Shown in pieces: positions 27,528-41,149 of a stretch of 64,000 bases of DNA. The translations under genes were made by a program, and so were the position numbers. The notes below the pieces were generated by a model that saw only the letters and a list, made by a program, of their open reading frames with translations, ran no database searches and was not told where the DNA came from. This DNA is from Chrysomallon squamiferum (lineage: Eukaryota > Animalia > Mollusca), in assembly GCA_012295275.1 (NCBI GenBank), contig CM022672.1, positions 14,880,001 to 14,944,000 on the forward strand. Direction: 5' to 3'. How positions within the stretch are numbered: position 1 is the stretch's first letter; each line of letters opens with the position of its first letter.

Positions 27528-28700
27528 CTGCAGAAATGCAAGAAAAATATTCCACAACATTTCAAAGAAAATTTATTTTATTGCCAAAATGATTAAGAAG
27601 TGTCTTCTTTATCCTGTTTTATTTCAGTATTTTTGAATTGGTCATATTGTTAAGTTTTATTTATTTAATTTTTAATTATTTTACTCACCCATTCTGATGG
27701 GTTATTCTAAGGTTGTTGATTCTGTCCTAGTGTTGTGTTGTGTTTTTTTAATAATGGCTTCCATTTTTGCTTGGTAAAATATACATACACGTATAATACA
27801 TGAAGCTAATATCCATATTAAGCTAAGATTTCATATATTTCACTGAAGCTGTGTGTTTTTATACCAGTGTGATATAGTTCGGTGAAATCAGCTGTGTAAA
27901 AGTTATTCCATTAGTGCTGTTCATTTTCTATTATTTGTTATAGTGAATGGTACCACTGAATTTCACATCTGGCTCAAATCAAATAATGCATCTTTATTGT
28001 AAACATACCTGAAACTGATGTGAAACAAATGGAGTAATTATGGTAGACTGCTATATTTTTTGCTTATTTCACCATGTTTGACTTTTAATTATTTTTTTTT
28101 TAAAATTATTATCTGAAATATATTTTTGATATAAAACCATCACCTTGTTTCTATTGATCTTTATTTTATTTTCAACATATATAGGTGATATTACCAATAG
28201 TGTTGTCTATTTTTTTTTTTTTTTTTAATAATAAAGTAATATTTCAAATTTCTGTCAACAGTTTTCAGGATTTTACATGTAGATTAAATGTGTCATGTTT
28301 GATTCCTACACATACAGGTTCATTTTATTAGGCTTATGGTGAAATGTGCAATTTTAGTAAGCACATTTTAAGAATATAAATATTTCAGTGTCTGAACTTG
28401 CTGCTTTTTGTATATGTACTAAAATCACACTCTTTGTAACAGCAACTTTTCCAAGGCAGCATAATTGGTACTGTTGGCAGCCAGTGTAATAATTATAATT
28501 ATTATTTTATATTAATTTATGTTATAAATTGTGTTCACTAAGGTGCTTTTTTAAAATTTCATCTTGTACTACGTAACGTAGGCTGCAGTACAGATTGAAC
28601 GAGAAAACAGATTTAAATGGATTATCAAAGCCAAGTGTAAAGTATATTTGTTTTAAAATATATGTGTGTGTATGCACACAAAGACAAGAATACACTGACA

Positions 28701-28742
<42 letters not shown>

Positions 28743-30782
28743 TTATTTACATATAAACAGATACACACACCTACACATGCATATATCCATTTGTAAAATT
28801 GGAATATCAAGCCATCTTGGTTATAAAATATTTCTAATTTACAGTTTAAATTTTAAAATAAAGGTGTGAACAATCTGACTAGTAGTATTACAAAAAGTTA
28901 AGTTTCTTATTAAATAACTATTGAACTTTTTTCTTTCTTTTTTGATACGTTTTTATGGCAACTGAACCTTTAAGAACTTTTGTAATGGAATCAGACTTTG
29001 ACATATGTTGCTGATGGAACTTTAAGCTGCAGTTGTTTATTTATTTATTAATATATTTTTTTGGCACACAATTATCAATATTTCTGATTGCATAATGTTA
29101 CATAATACAAAAGGTTTATTTTTATTTTTCAAATTTTATTGTAGAAAAATTAAACCTCAAAAGGTCTTATAAAATAAACACAATAAGAAATAAGGCTTTA
29201 CTTTTAGTATAATTGTATTTTACAGTATCCATCCTATTAACAGGCATAAAATGTTTTACCTGAATTCAACAATCGTTCATAAGTGTTTTATTTCCTTTTA
29301 TTTTATTTTTTTTGTTTTAATTTCGTTTAAATATTTTTAATCAAAGCCCATTAGATGATGTTATATGATCTTTTTTTTTAACTGTTTTTTTTTAAATTTC
29401 ATTTATAAATTTAAATCCACACTTTATTTTAGCTGTGTTTTTATCCTACATTTTAGTGATGTTGATACTATTATTCCATTATCAGTTTAACTTATTTATT
29501 TATTTATTTTCTGTTTTTATTTTTATTTTATTTTATTTTATTTTATTTTATTTTTATTTTTATTTTATTTTATTTTATTTTATTTTATTTTATTTTATTT
29601 TATTTATTTTTTTTGATCTTAAGAAGACTTTTTGTCATCATTTCAAGACTACATTTTGCTTTTGTACCAAAGATACTGTATAATTAATTAGTTTTACTTT
29701 CAATTTCATTTTTGTACATAACTGAACATTTATTTATTTTTCTTTATTATTCTATTTACAAACAAAACAAAACAGTGCTATTAAGACTTGCAGGTCTATT
29801 TGTAATGATTACTTTACAATTAAAACAAAATATCTGTTAAATACTGACACGAAATGTAAAGTATGTTGTTGTTTCATATTTTCATGTTCACTGCTTATTA
29901 CTTTGTTGAATTGTTGATGTGACTGACTACTCAAGTGTTCAGGTTTTGTATACTAACATATTTGCGTAAATATGAATTATACAGTTTTGTATCAGTAGTT
30001 ATATTATAATGGTGTTCAAAATATATCATGGCAATGAAACAGTTTCTTCTTCTTTATTATTATTATTATTCTTTTTCTTTTTCTTTTTATCTTTCTTGTA
30101 TGTGTAGTACTTCTGTATGTCTGCAAGTGCATGTGTGTGTGTGTGTGTGTTTTCACATATAACCAAATGATAATAATGTGATCTTTAAAAAAAAAAAAGG
30201 AACTTTTGCTAGGCTAATTCTAACAGAAGGGGTTGCTTAATGTCATATTTTTTGTCATTATATCATGTTTCTAACAGAATATGACAAGCCTCACACACGT
30301 AATGTAATATAATGAATTTAATAACCTTAATGAAATATGTTATAATTTAAACATGTAACAATATATACATGTATAAGACTAAAATAATTAATACATGTAA
30401 CAAAATGTAACAACTGTATTATGGAATATGACTTACATATCAAATAGAATATAATGATTTTTATAACAGTTTAACATCATATGCATCAGAATATAATGAC
30501 TTGTAACAGTTCCATAGAAGATAATTACTTACATATATATATATATATGCACACACATACACACACACACCAATAATACAGTTACTTCTGTACATAGTGG
30601 AATATAATGACCAACAGATGTAACAAAGTACATGATTAAGAAAATAATTTTTAAAAATTTTAGAATGATCTAGAGTCCCTTAGACAAATAATTGTTTATT
30701 CTGGATGATTGGTTGAATATCTGACTTGCACAAAATCTCTGTGGACTGATCATAAATAAATAGTCTGCATGATTAATTTATA

Positions 30783-31022
30783 AGCAATTTTTGCCTTTGT
30801 TGCGTAGTCTACAACCAAGCTAAAATTTATATTTTTGTGTAGCAAAATGTGTCTGCATTTGTTGATTAGTCTACAGGCAAGCTGAAATTTATATTTTTAT
30901 GTGGAAAAAAAATTCTGCATTTGTTGGGTAGTATACAGACACGGTGAAATTCATATTTTTGCATGGAAAAATGTTTCTGCATTGGCTGTGAAGTCTATAG
31001 GCAAGTTGAAATTTATATTCTT
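30783..31022 (-). repeat. About four degenerate copies of an approximately 62-bp tandem repeat spanning the NAGK C-terminal codons, stop and 3' UTR
   Basis: Minus-strand units start AA(A/G)AATAT(A/G)AATTT(C/T)A and continue ..TTGCCT(A/G)TAGACT....CA(A)C(A/C)AATGCAGA....TTT; unit 1 is coding (KNINFNLPIDFTANAETFFHA). Confidence 0.85.
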
Positions 31023-33425
31023 AGCACTTAGTGCAGCTGCACCCACTGCTCCTGAAGCTTTCAGGGTAAGAAGACTAACTTCATGAATGCCCAAGTCTTT
31101 TCCTTTTTCTTTAAGAACTTTTAGAAAACCTGTGCAGATTAGAGAATGTGTGAACTTAATGACACTTCAAGACTTTTATTTATATTAGTTATTAGTTATT
31201 AAATACATCTTATTAAAAAAAAAAACTATGTAAGCAGTTTATGTTAACTAACTGTAAATTGCATAAGATAATGCATAAGATAATTAAAAATTTAAAAAGA
31301 AGAACTAAAAGAAGAGTAATAGAAAGGGGAGACAAACCTGGTTTAAGCAACTCCCAACTTTTCCATACAGATCCCATACAAACAATATGCAAACCCCCAT
31401 CAGACTTTAGCAATTTCTAAAATAACAAAAAAAAAAAAAAAAAGTAAACAACAACATCATAAGTAAAAACAAAAAATTCCTAGCTTGTGGCCTTCAGGTT
31501 TCTTCTCTTCATCTTTCATTACCAAATCACATCTGACATTTAATTATTTTTATAAATGCTAGAAATAGAAGTATCATTACACAAATATTCTTTCCTTTGT
31601 GTCATATTTTTCTTCATCGTTATTAATATTTCATATATACATTTCAGTAATATTTATTCATAATTTCCTACTGTTATTTCTTTCTTCTTTCTTTTTCAGT
31701 GTGCAAATCAAAATTTATACTAACATTTCACTTAATATTGATTTCTGTCTTACCTTGTCAATTTTTGGACCAATTGCTACAACATGTTTGGCTAGAATTT
31801 CTCCAGCTTCTTCAAAAATCTGGAAAACCAGCTTGTCATTGTTCTTGAAGGCTCCTTCCAAAACATTATTTAAATATTTATTATTACAGTTTAATCTTAA
31901 AATATCCAGTATTCATAAAGTAAAAATTTCAAATTTAAAAAAAATACAAAAAAAATAAAATAACGATATATATCTGTCCTGTAAATTATTGCAAAAATAA
32001 ATATAATCAGAATCTGCTAGCTACAGTTCAGTAGAACAAGAATAAATGTGCAGTGGTGAGGTTGTTTTTAATTTTAAAAAAAAAAAAAATTGTTTTTATT
32101 ATTATTTTATAAAGTAAATGAATTAAGGTGTCTACTTTTTTGGAGACAATATCTTATGCAGAAAAGAAACAGCATTAAATATAATTGTGTCCCTAGTTTT
32201 AGACCAGGCTACATCTGTATCTGTGCTGAAAATAACTACTGTTATAAGGCAACCTTTCTATATAATTAGATTTAATATAAAAGCTTTAATTTAGTTTGCT
32301 GAGTTTAATGGTTTCCTGGCTTCTGTGTTAATTTAAAAATTAAAAGTCCAAAAGGTTAATAATTTCTCAAGATTTTTTAAAGAATGCTTATAATTACATT
32401 TGCAAATTATGGTAATAATACGAAGACCCATTCCTTTTTATTACTGTTTCATGGAAACATATAAATTCCAAAATGGTTGGAAGTTATATAAATTTCTATA
32501 ATGATTTATTCAGCCTGTCAAGCTTTCATTAATACTATTATTATGGTAGTTAACTAACCCCCACAAGGATATTTTAAAAACATAAAAAAGAACACCCCCA
32601 CAAAAAAAAAAACATAAGTAAAAAGTTTAATAATAATAACAACAACAACAATAATAAATATAATGGCTTAAATTTTTTTCTTTTTAAGAAACACTTTGAA
32701 ATTAAAAAACAATTCTTACATACCTAATGCTAGCTCTTTACACAGACCAGCAATGTGTTGTTTTTTGAAATTTGTGTAAAAGAAGTTTAGCAACTGTCCT
32801 CTTTCAGTTACCTGCAAAACAAATAAAAAAAATAAAAAATAAAAAAAATATATATATATGGGCAAGTATGTACAGCTACTTGAGACCTACCAGTGCACTG
32901 GAGGGGAATAAATTTATTTATGATACTTACTATTTTCAAATTTATATTTTAGACTTTAATTATTAAAAACTAGAATACTTTGATTATAAATTACCTGAAA
33001 ATATTTGAATATTGCATCTTTCAGATACTTACTGTTTTCAAATTTATATTTTAGACTTTAATTATTAAAAATTAGAATACTTTGATTATAAATTACCTGA
33101 AAATATTTGAAAATTGTATCTTTCACAAATTTTGTGTCAAACTGAGAAGGTATCAGTCTGTCTTCGTCATCCATGTAAACTTTGATAGCTCTGTGAGCAA
33201 TCCAGTAAGCTATCAAAATAATAATTTAAAAGAGATTTCAAAACAAAACAAAACAATGTAATGATTTTATTTTACATATAATATTTAAGTATAAAATCAA
33301 AAACAAAAAGATGACTTTTACTTAGCAGGTAAATGTAATAGAGGTATGGATATATAGTTTTTACAACAACAAAAGAATAATAATAACTAGTTATAAAAAT
33401 GATAATGATAATTGTAATAATAGTT

Positions 33426-33457
<32 letters not shown>

Positions 33458-34943
33458 ATAATAATAATAATCATAATCGTAATAATAATAACAGTAATCA
33501 TCATCATAATTATTATAATAATAAAAGAAATAATAATGATATTGATAACAATAATAATCATAATTGTAATAACAACAACAATAATAATATAACAATAATT
33601 ATCATAATTGTAATAACAACAACAATAATAATAATATAACAATGATTATCATAATTATAATTGTAATAACAACAACAACAACAACAATAACTGCCACATC
33701 TAAAACGATTACCTACACCTTACTTTTTGTCTTACATACTTAAATTAATCAGCTCCAAACAGAAATTAGAATAAATGCCTACCAATTCAAACCGTAATAC
33801 AAATCACACACAGAGAACTATTTCATTCATTTTACCATACGATCTATTCAAATAAATAAAATGAAAAAATAAAAATTATGACACTGAGATTTGGTGGATT
33901 GTGAAAACAAATTAAGAGAAAACAACCGGAAGATTCGTCTCCTAGAAGGTGTCCCCAGCCTCCGCAGCGGTAGGTGGACAGATCCGGGTTGATGAGCTGA
34001 CAGTTGGATCCAGTCCCAGCTATGAGCACAACACCCCCTGAAACAGAATTAGCATGTCCAGCTACTGAACACATAGACGATACATTACAATCTATCAAGT
34101 TTAAAATAACTGATATAAATTGCTTCCTTTACTCAGTATTACATAAGATATGGTCCATCCCATCCAGCACGTTTGTCTGGCTCAAAGGTGACACTCATCT
34201 GGATCAAAGGTGATCCTCATCTGGATCAAAGGTGACCCACATCTGGCTCATCAGAGCTGTAGTGCTGGACAAGCTGCAGCTTTAGGCCTGACAAACTGCA
34301 AGGAGCCTCGTGAAGGTTCCAGAATGGGTTTTATACTAATTTTCACCTCAGGTAAATCTTTCAGTTTACCTGAGGTAATGTATAAAAAGAAAACAAATTT
34401 TAAAAATTAAAAATTAAAAATTAAAAAATTAGAAATTAAAAATTTATAAAAATGGCATCAGAGATGTATATAGCTTAGGACCTCACCAAGTCTAAAACCA
34501 CCACTATACAGAGCTGGCATCATCTGGGCCAGTTAATTCTTTAATTCATAGAATTTCCCTCTGGTTTAAGCAATTTCCAGCAGGTTGTAATAGTTGATGT
34601 TAACAGAACTTAAACATTATTTTGTGTGCAGGGGATTTGGCTGTCATTAACAAAGGCAAAAAAGCAGAATAAGTAATCAGTAAATAAATAATGAGCAAAG
34701 TTACTTCAAGAAAACTTTGTTGATATGTACAGAACTGAATATTGAGAATATTTTCTTTTAGTAAATATTTAACATATATCTACCATGTGGAAGTGCAGTA
34801 GCAATGGCTCCACAAGTATCACTAGCAACAAAGGTGCTGCTTGTCATGTCAGGATACTCTTTTTCAATTCCTTCTTTGAGCATAACTTGACTCTCTTTTT
34901 CATCTCCACCACTCAGTGACAGACCCTGGAGAAAACACGCACG

Positions 34944-34989
<46 letters not shown>

Positions 34990-36557
34990 AAGAAATTGAA
35001 GTTGATACTGGTTAGAAAAAAACAATGGTAAATTGCCAACTAAATAAAATTAAAATCTGCATGAAATACGTAATACTGATTCATTTTAAACAGAATTACT
35101 AAAAGAATAGTTATTTTTAATTAAAAATTTTTATTTAAATAACTAGAGTTTAAAAAAAGAAAATAAAATAAAAAAAGTTTTTATGGCATGTTTTTGTTTG
35201 TTACTGGTACTTCTTTTCTGTACCATAAAACTGAGATACTGAATCTAAATAGATCTAGACATATAAATTCATTTATTTTATAATATTAAAACAACAACAA
35301 CAACAACAACAACCCCACAAAAAACAAAACAAAAAACACCCATTTATTTCTTGTTCCTTCTTGTACTGAACTGTAGCTAGCAGATTCTGGTTTTATTTAT
35401 TTTTACTGATTTTTAGGACAGATATATATATATATATATATATATATCATTTGTAAATCATTACCAGTGCCTTGAGAGAAATTTTAACATCAACTCCTGC
35501 TAGCTTCTTTGACTCAGTCACCATGTCACTAATTCGCTTCAGACATTCAGTAATACCAATCAGCTGAAAGTAAAACCACACAGTGAATCATATAAACTAT
35601 TATAACACTTAAGTTAATCTACACAGGTCTTCAAAGATATTTTATAATATTTATCAATGTATAAAACTACCCTTGTCGTCAGATATGTATTACTAATGTT
35701 TATTAAATATCAAATATTTCATTATGTCTATTGTAGACATATTAACATATTTTGAGATCAGATTTTTAACAAATTATGTATATTTTTAATTTTATTTAAT
35801 AAAAAATGTTGATTTCTTGTCTTTAAACACATGCTAATAAAAAAGTGATATTAACTCTATAGTGCCATATTAAAAAAAAAAAAAAAAATCATATATATAT
35901 AAAACACTGTACATCAATTAAAATTTTAATGCTGCTCATTCTTGTACCATGTCTGTTAAAAAAAAATCTCCAAAAATACATTTTATGGTTCATATTTTCT
36001 GTTCTTGTGAAAAACTTGAATGAATAAAGAAATTATAACAAGTTATAAATAAGTGTAACATTAGTGTGTCGTCAGCGATTTGAGGTGGGGTTGGGGGGGG
36101 TCATGAGAGATAACACTACTTCAGCAAGGAATGAAAAGACAGCACTTTCTATAGGAGTGAAATAAATAACAAAGTTTCATTGAGACAATCAAGAAACATG
36201 TTGTAATACATAACTGCCACTAGCAATCAATCCTGTTGTCTATGTTTTTTAATCAAATGCTTAAGACGTTAGGTGAATATATTAAAGAAGTTATAATTGC
36301 TCTTCTGGTAATTAGTATTTTGACACAACCAATAAAATTAATGTCTTATTATTATTTCAAGAACTGTTTAAGTTATCATGTTTAGTATAACAACCTCAAT
36401 ATATTTGTCAGTGTCTGAAAAATCACTGAAACAGATATTACTATGAGATACTTACCCAGTGGTTTGTACTCTGACCTTCGTTTGATGACATTATTTTGCC
36501 ATCCGATCTAATCAAAACCATTTTCGAGCAGGTTGCTCCCCTATATCAAATAATAAT

Positions 36558-36599
<42 letters not shown>

Positions 36600-36875
36600 A
36601 AGAAGAAGAAGAAGAAGAACAAGAACAACAACAACAACAACAGCAGCAGCAACAACAACAAGATGATGATGAAGAAAAACAACAATAAACAATAATAATA
36701 AAAAAAATTTAGGAATGTAAATTTTTCAATTAAATTTGTAAAAAGAAAGATTTATGAAAAGCAATATATGCTTTACAGAGAACAGTGTATTTTTACAATA
36801 AAAAATATTTAAAAATAAAAACATCGAAACCTACCCTTCGATTCCGCCGAAGTAGGTATATGTTTCTTGATTCAT
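30951..36875 (-). CDS. NAGK: N-acetyl-D-glucosamine kinase, 10 exons, 345 aa
   Basis: Exons 36875-36835, 36540-36456, 35563-35465, 34925-34784, 34037-33927, 33209-33097, 32811-32724, 31854-31754, 31416-31338, 31129-30951 splice in frame (1038 nt). Hallmarks: YFGGIEGGAT, STNHWLIG, LGLSLSGGD, GGVVLIAGTGSNCQLINPD...CGGWGHLLGDESSAYWIA, CMGSVWKSWELLKPGF, GAVGAAAL. Confidence 0.97.
32922..33125. repeat. 102-bp tandem duplication containing the 3' end and donor site of NAGK exon 6
   Basis: ATACTTACT(A/G)TTTTCAAATTTATATTTTAGACTTTAATTATTAAAAA(C/T)TAGAATACTTTGATTATAAATTACCTGAAAATATTTGAA(T/A)ATTG(C/T)ATCTTTCA occurs twice, 102 bp apart. Confidence 0.95.
33378..33690. repeat. Degenerate (AAT)/(AAC)/(ATC) trinucleotide low-complexity tract in NAGK intron 5
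   Basis: Direct inspection. Confidence 0.9.
34176..34250. repeat. 22-bp tandem repeat, about 3.4 copies, in NAGK intron 4
   Basis: TCTGGCTCAAAGGTGACACTCA / TCTGGATCAAAGGTGATCCTCA / TCTGGATCAAAGGTGACCCACA / TCTGGCTCA. Confidence 0.9.
36550..36700. repeat. Compound trinucleotide repeat (AAT)(ATC)(AAG)(AAC)(AGC)(ATG) in NAGK intron 1
   Basis: Direct inspection. Confidence 0.9.
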
Positions 36876-36879
36876 TCTC

Positions 36880-37560
36880 TTTCTGGATGTTTTCCTAAGG
36901 AAAATAAATAAACAAATTTGTGCATTCAAACAAAAATTATATATGTACACCTCCCGCTCGCAGGACTCGACTGAACTGATATGATAATGAAATCATTTAA
37001 GTTATAAATGCAACGCACCTGTGACACGATAACAATTCACTGCTGAAAAAAGAAAAAAAAAAAGATTATATGTTTTATAGTATAAGGTGAACTTAAATCG
37101 TTACTTGAGCAAAATTTAATTATATATTTCCAAAATAAAATATAATTACTGTTTAGAAAGTACTATCGGAAAGATAATTCTCTTTCGTACTTCCTTCTTT
37201 GGTCCTGATGTGTCAACACAGAATACAAAAAACTTTCTTATTTTAACAGGTGAACTAGTTTTAAGACATTTTCTTTCCTTTAAAGTACCGACACGCGAAT
37301 GATGTTTCGTAAAGCAAACAATATGAGATAGCTGCGCAGAGTAACGAAAATATGAAAATATTTTGTTTCAAGTTTAATTAACCAGAGGTTTCCAGCGACT
37401 AAAACGTTACAGTCACACTAACAAATATCGTAGAGTTGTTAAACTGCTGACATCGGCTGATTTAATCTGTAATACATAAACAGAGAAATAATTGTTTTTT
37501 TGTAGTATGGATAAAATCGAATTCTTAACTGATCATCAAAAGTAATGTATATTCTTCTTC
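36880..37560. promoter_or_regulatory. Putative bidirectional promoter of NAGK (-) and TMEM230 (+)
   Basis: Start codons are divergent and about 1.3 kb apart (36875, 38152); CpG-containing segment flanked by CpG-depleted gene bodies. Confidence 0.5.
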
Positions 37561-38151
37561 TGTTTTGGTAAAGTACATTAAATTATATATTTAAAAAATA
37601 GTAAATTCACCTCAATAAAAGGATGTTTTTGAAATGCTAAGTCGGTATTTTTATATTTTTATTATATTTATTATTTTATTCATATATTTGTCATAACATA
37701 AAATGTTTTAGGGAAGATTGATTTCTTAAAGGTGATTCTTATTGAGGATGGTTATTACAAGGGGAATAAAGGGGGAAAAGAGAATAAAATAATAATAATA
37801 AAAATGATAAAAAAAAAAAATAATAATAATAAATAATAAATCAATAAAAATTTAAATAAATAAATAAATAAATACATAAATAAATAAATAAATAAATTAA
37901 AAAAAAAAACAAACAAACAAAAAAAACAAACAAATAAATTCCAATATAAAGAATCCTTCCCAAAAATATTTAATTACTTTAGCTTATTAACTGACAAAAA
38001 CTGTAGATAAAATTTATGTACATATTTTTTTCATTTACATGCTGCCACATTTGTTATTGACTAAATTTTTTTTTCTTCTATTTAGCAATGACTCGCAGTC
38101 AGCAGCTGCATTTTGCGTCACGTTTAGTGAATTGATTTTTGAGTATTTAGC

Positions 38152-41092
38152 ATGTCCAAGCGATCAGCTTCTTTCATGACTGAGGGAGCCAAGTACCACA
38201 GATTGACCAAAGCTGATGATGGTTACATAGACTTGCAGGTTAATTTATTTCATTTCACTTATTTTGTTTTAATTTATTATTATTTTATTTTATTTATTAT
38301 TTATTTATTTATTATTGTTGTTGTTGTTGTTGTTTACTTACTTACTTACACTACTTTTTTTTTTTTTTTTTTTTTATTTACATACTTTAAAAATTCCCTA
38401 AAACTCACCAGATGAGTGTCTTCATAAAATAAAAACTAAAGCAATAGTTAACTAGAGTTTAATACTGGCTAAAGACCACTTCCAACTGTCAAAGTTTCCT
38501 AAGTTCAGTTGTCGTAGTCCTGTCCTCTCTTTATCATTTTCAAATAGCACTCTACAGTTTTTCTCTTCAGGCTGGTTTAAGGAGGGGTCATGTCAAATTA
38601 AAGACCGGGGCACCAGACGTACTCAAACTACTTTTTTAGAATAAAAAATTCATAGCATTTTTAAGTGAAATTTAAAAACAATCTTTAGATATTTATAAAC
38701 AGAGTTATTCTTCTATATATGTGCCATTTTTTCCTCTCATTTTCTCCACCTTTGAGAACATTTCATGATTCCATCCTCACAGAACCTGACAGCTTTCAAG
38801 GTTATGAACTCGTCTAAATGCTAATAACTTTTGTTCCAACCCAGTATATTCTCAGGTCAGTTGGTTGGAACAAATGTCTTTTTATGGTAGTGGCGTTCTA
38901 GCTGTTTTGCTTACTCAAGGCTGTTGTGTGATAGGTCTCAGAATCTGTTTTCTTCAGTGCATGTACTGGGCTGATTCTTATTTTTTTTATAGCCAGAAGA
39001 AATCATATGGTTTATTGTGCTTTCCTACGAATGGGAAGGTGGATATAAAATATCATTTGCTGGTGATAAAATAAGAAGAGCTCGTCATGTGGTGTCAGCA
39101 GTTCTTTAGTTTTATTATATGTATGGTTTTTAATAACTTGTATAATGATGTTGTAAAATGATAGATTAAATGTTGAGTGTATTGATAAATAAAACAAACC
39201 TTTCTTGATTTTATAACAGTTTTGGCATTGACTAAATTCTGTGTGTTTTCAAGACAAAATTCTTATGTTGTTCTTACGTTGTATGGTTACATAGATGCCA
39301 GGTAAACTTGAAATAACAGAGCATTGTATAATACAAAATCTTTTATTCTTATCATGAACATAGCACAGGTTTCAGTGTCAGGGATAAAGTATTTGTGGTG
39401 AATGATTGTCGTCTTGATTATTTACATATCTGCATCTTTAATAAATAACTGTTGTTACAGTAAATAAAAAATCCACAACAGTCATGTTGGAAACTGTTAT
39501 CTGTCAAGTATTATATGATGGTGAAAGTGTGTTTTAAAGACAGGTCAGTAAATCCAGCTGTGTGGTGAAGCTTGAACATTAAAGAAAATTAACGTGCTAA
39601 TCCGAGTTAGCTGTTGTGAAGTACGTTTACGATGGGCACACTTTCTGACAGGTCAGCGGGCGTGTCTGTCTCAGAAGCTGTGTGTTTGATGTTTAACCAT
39701 GTTATACCAGCTAAGATTTGATTATTGAATTCAAATATTCTGAACAGCTGTTCCTGTATTAAGTTTATATTATTATGACACAGAGGTTAATCTACTTTCT
39801 TTATCAAACCCTAATGTCAAACTCTGAAGTATTTGAGTTGGTTGGTATTTTTATTGTTGACTGTTGTTACTTCTCTTTATGTTATTTAAATTTTATTAAT
39901 AATTTTATTACTGACTTTAAAGTGCTGAAATTATTTTCACACAATTTTTTTTTTAGACAAGTTTATATACATTAGCATTTTTTGCATTGGGATTGATTAA
40001 TTATTTGCTATTATTATATATTTTTTTTAAGAAAAGCAAACAATTCTTAAATTTAAATTATTTAGAAGATAATTTATTATTGTACTTTTTTCTTTTGATT
40101 TTGATATCTGACTAGTGAAAACAAATACTCAGTTGTTACTGTAAGTGAAGGATGAATTCAAACTGTGTCGTTGGTAATATGAAAATGGTATACAGACAGC
40201 TTACTTATATTTAGTGTATTTTCAGGTTATTGTTGTTTCATGCAATTACTTGTTATTATTAACAGAATAAAACTATAAACGTAGTCGGAGAATGCTTGAA
40301 AATGGACATTTTCTTTTTTGTCATAATGTCATTTTATATTCAGAAATATGAAAATAATAGTAAAAAGAGAGAGCTAAGAAAATATGTAAACAAAATCAAA
40401 CTAGCATAACCTAAAAGACTGAGTATAACAGAGCTAAGTCATTGCATCCTCAGTCATTTGTGAATTTTTGAAATGATACGTTGTTTGTGTTCATCCACAG
40501 TTTCAGAAACCACCACCTAAGGTGCCTTACAAAGCCATTGCCCTAGCCACTATTCTGTTTTTGGGTGGAACTGCCTTGATTGTGCTTGGGGCTCTGCTTC
40601 TTGCTGGTTACATAGATGCCCAGGTAAACTGAAAATAACAGAACATTGTAAAATACAGTATTTGTATTTTTATCTTATAGTCACAAACATAGCACAGGTT
40701 TCAGTGTAAGTGATATGGTATTTGTGGTGAATAATTGTCCTACTGATCATTTACATCTCTACATCTTTAAAACAAAGTACTGACAGGGATATATAGCTAT
40801 GTGCTTGATATTAAAATTATTATTAAACTGGAACCAGTTTTAGAACTGAATTTATGTAAAGAAGTACTACTTTATTTTCATATCAAAACAGTTTCAGTCA
40901 TTACATGACATATTTACAGAGATGCACACACACAATTTGGATATATAATTTACTTTAAAAAAATTAAAAATAGCAATAGATAAAATATTAACCCAATTAA
41001 AAAAAAAAAAACATTACACAACTATTTTGCTAGTTTCAGTTTTTGTTATGATTATTATTACGTGAAGATGATGATGATGATGATGATGATTA

Positions 41093-41149
<57 letters not shown>

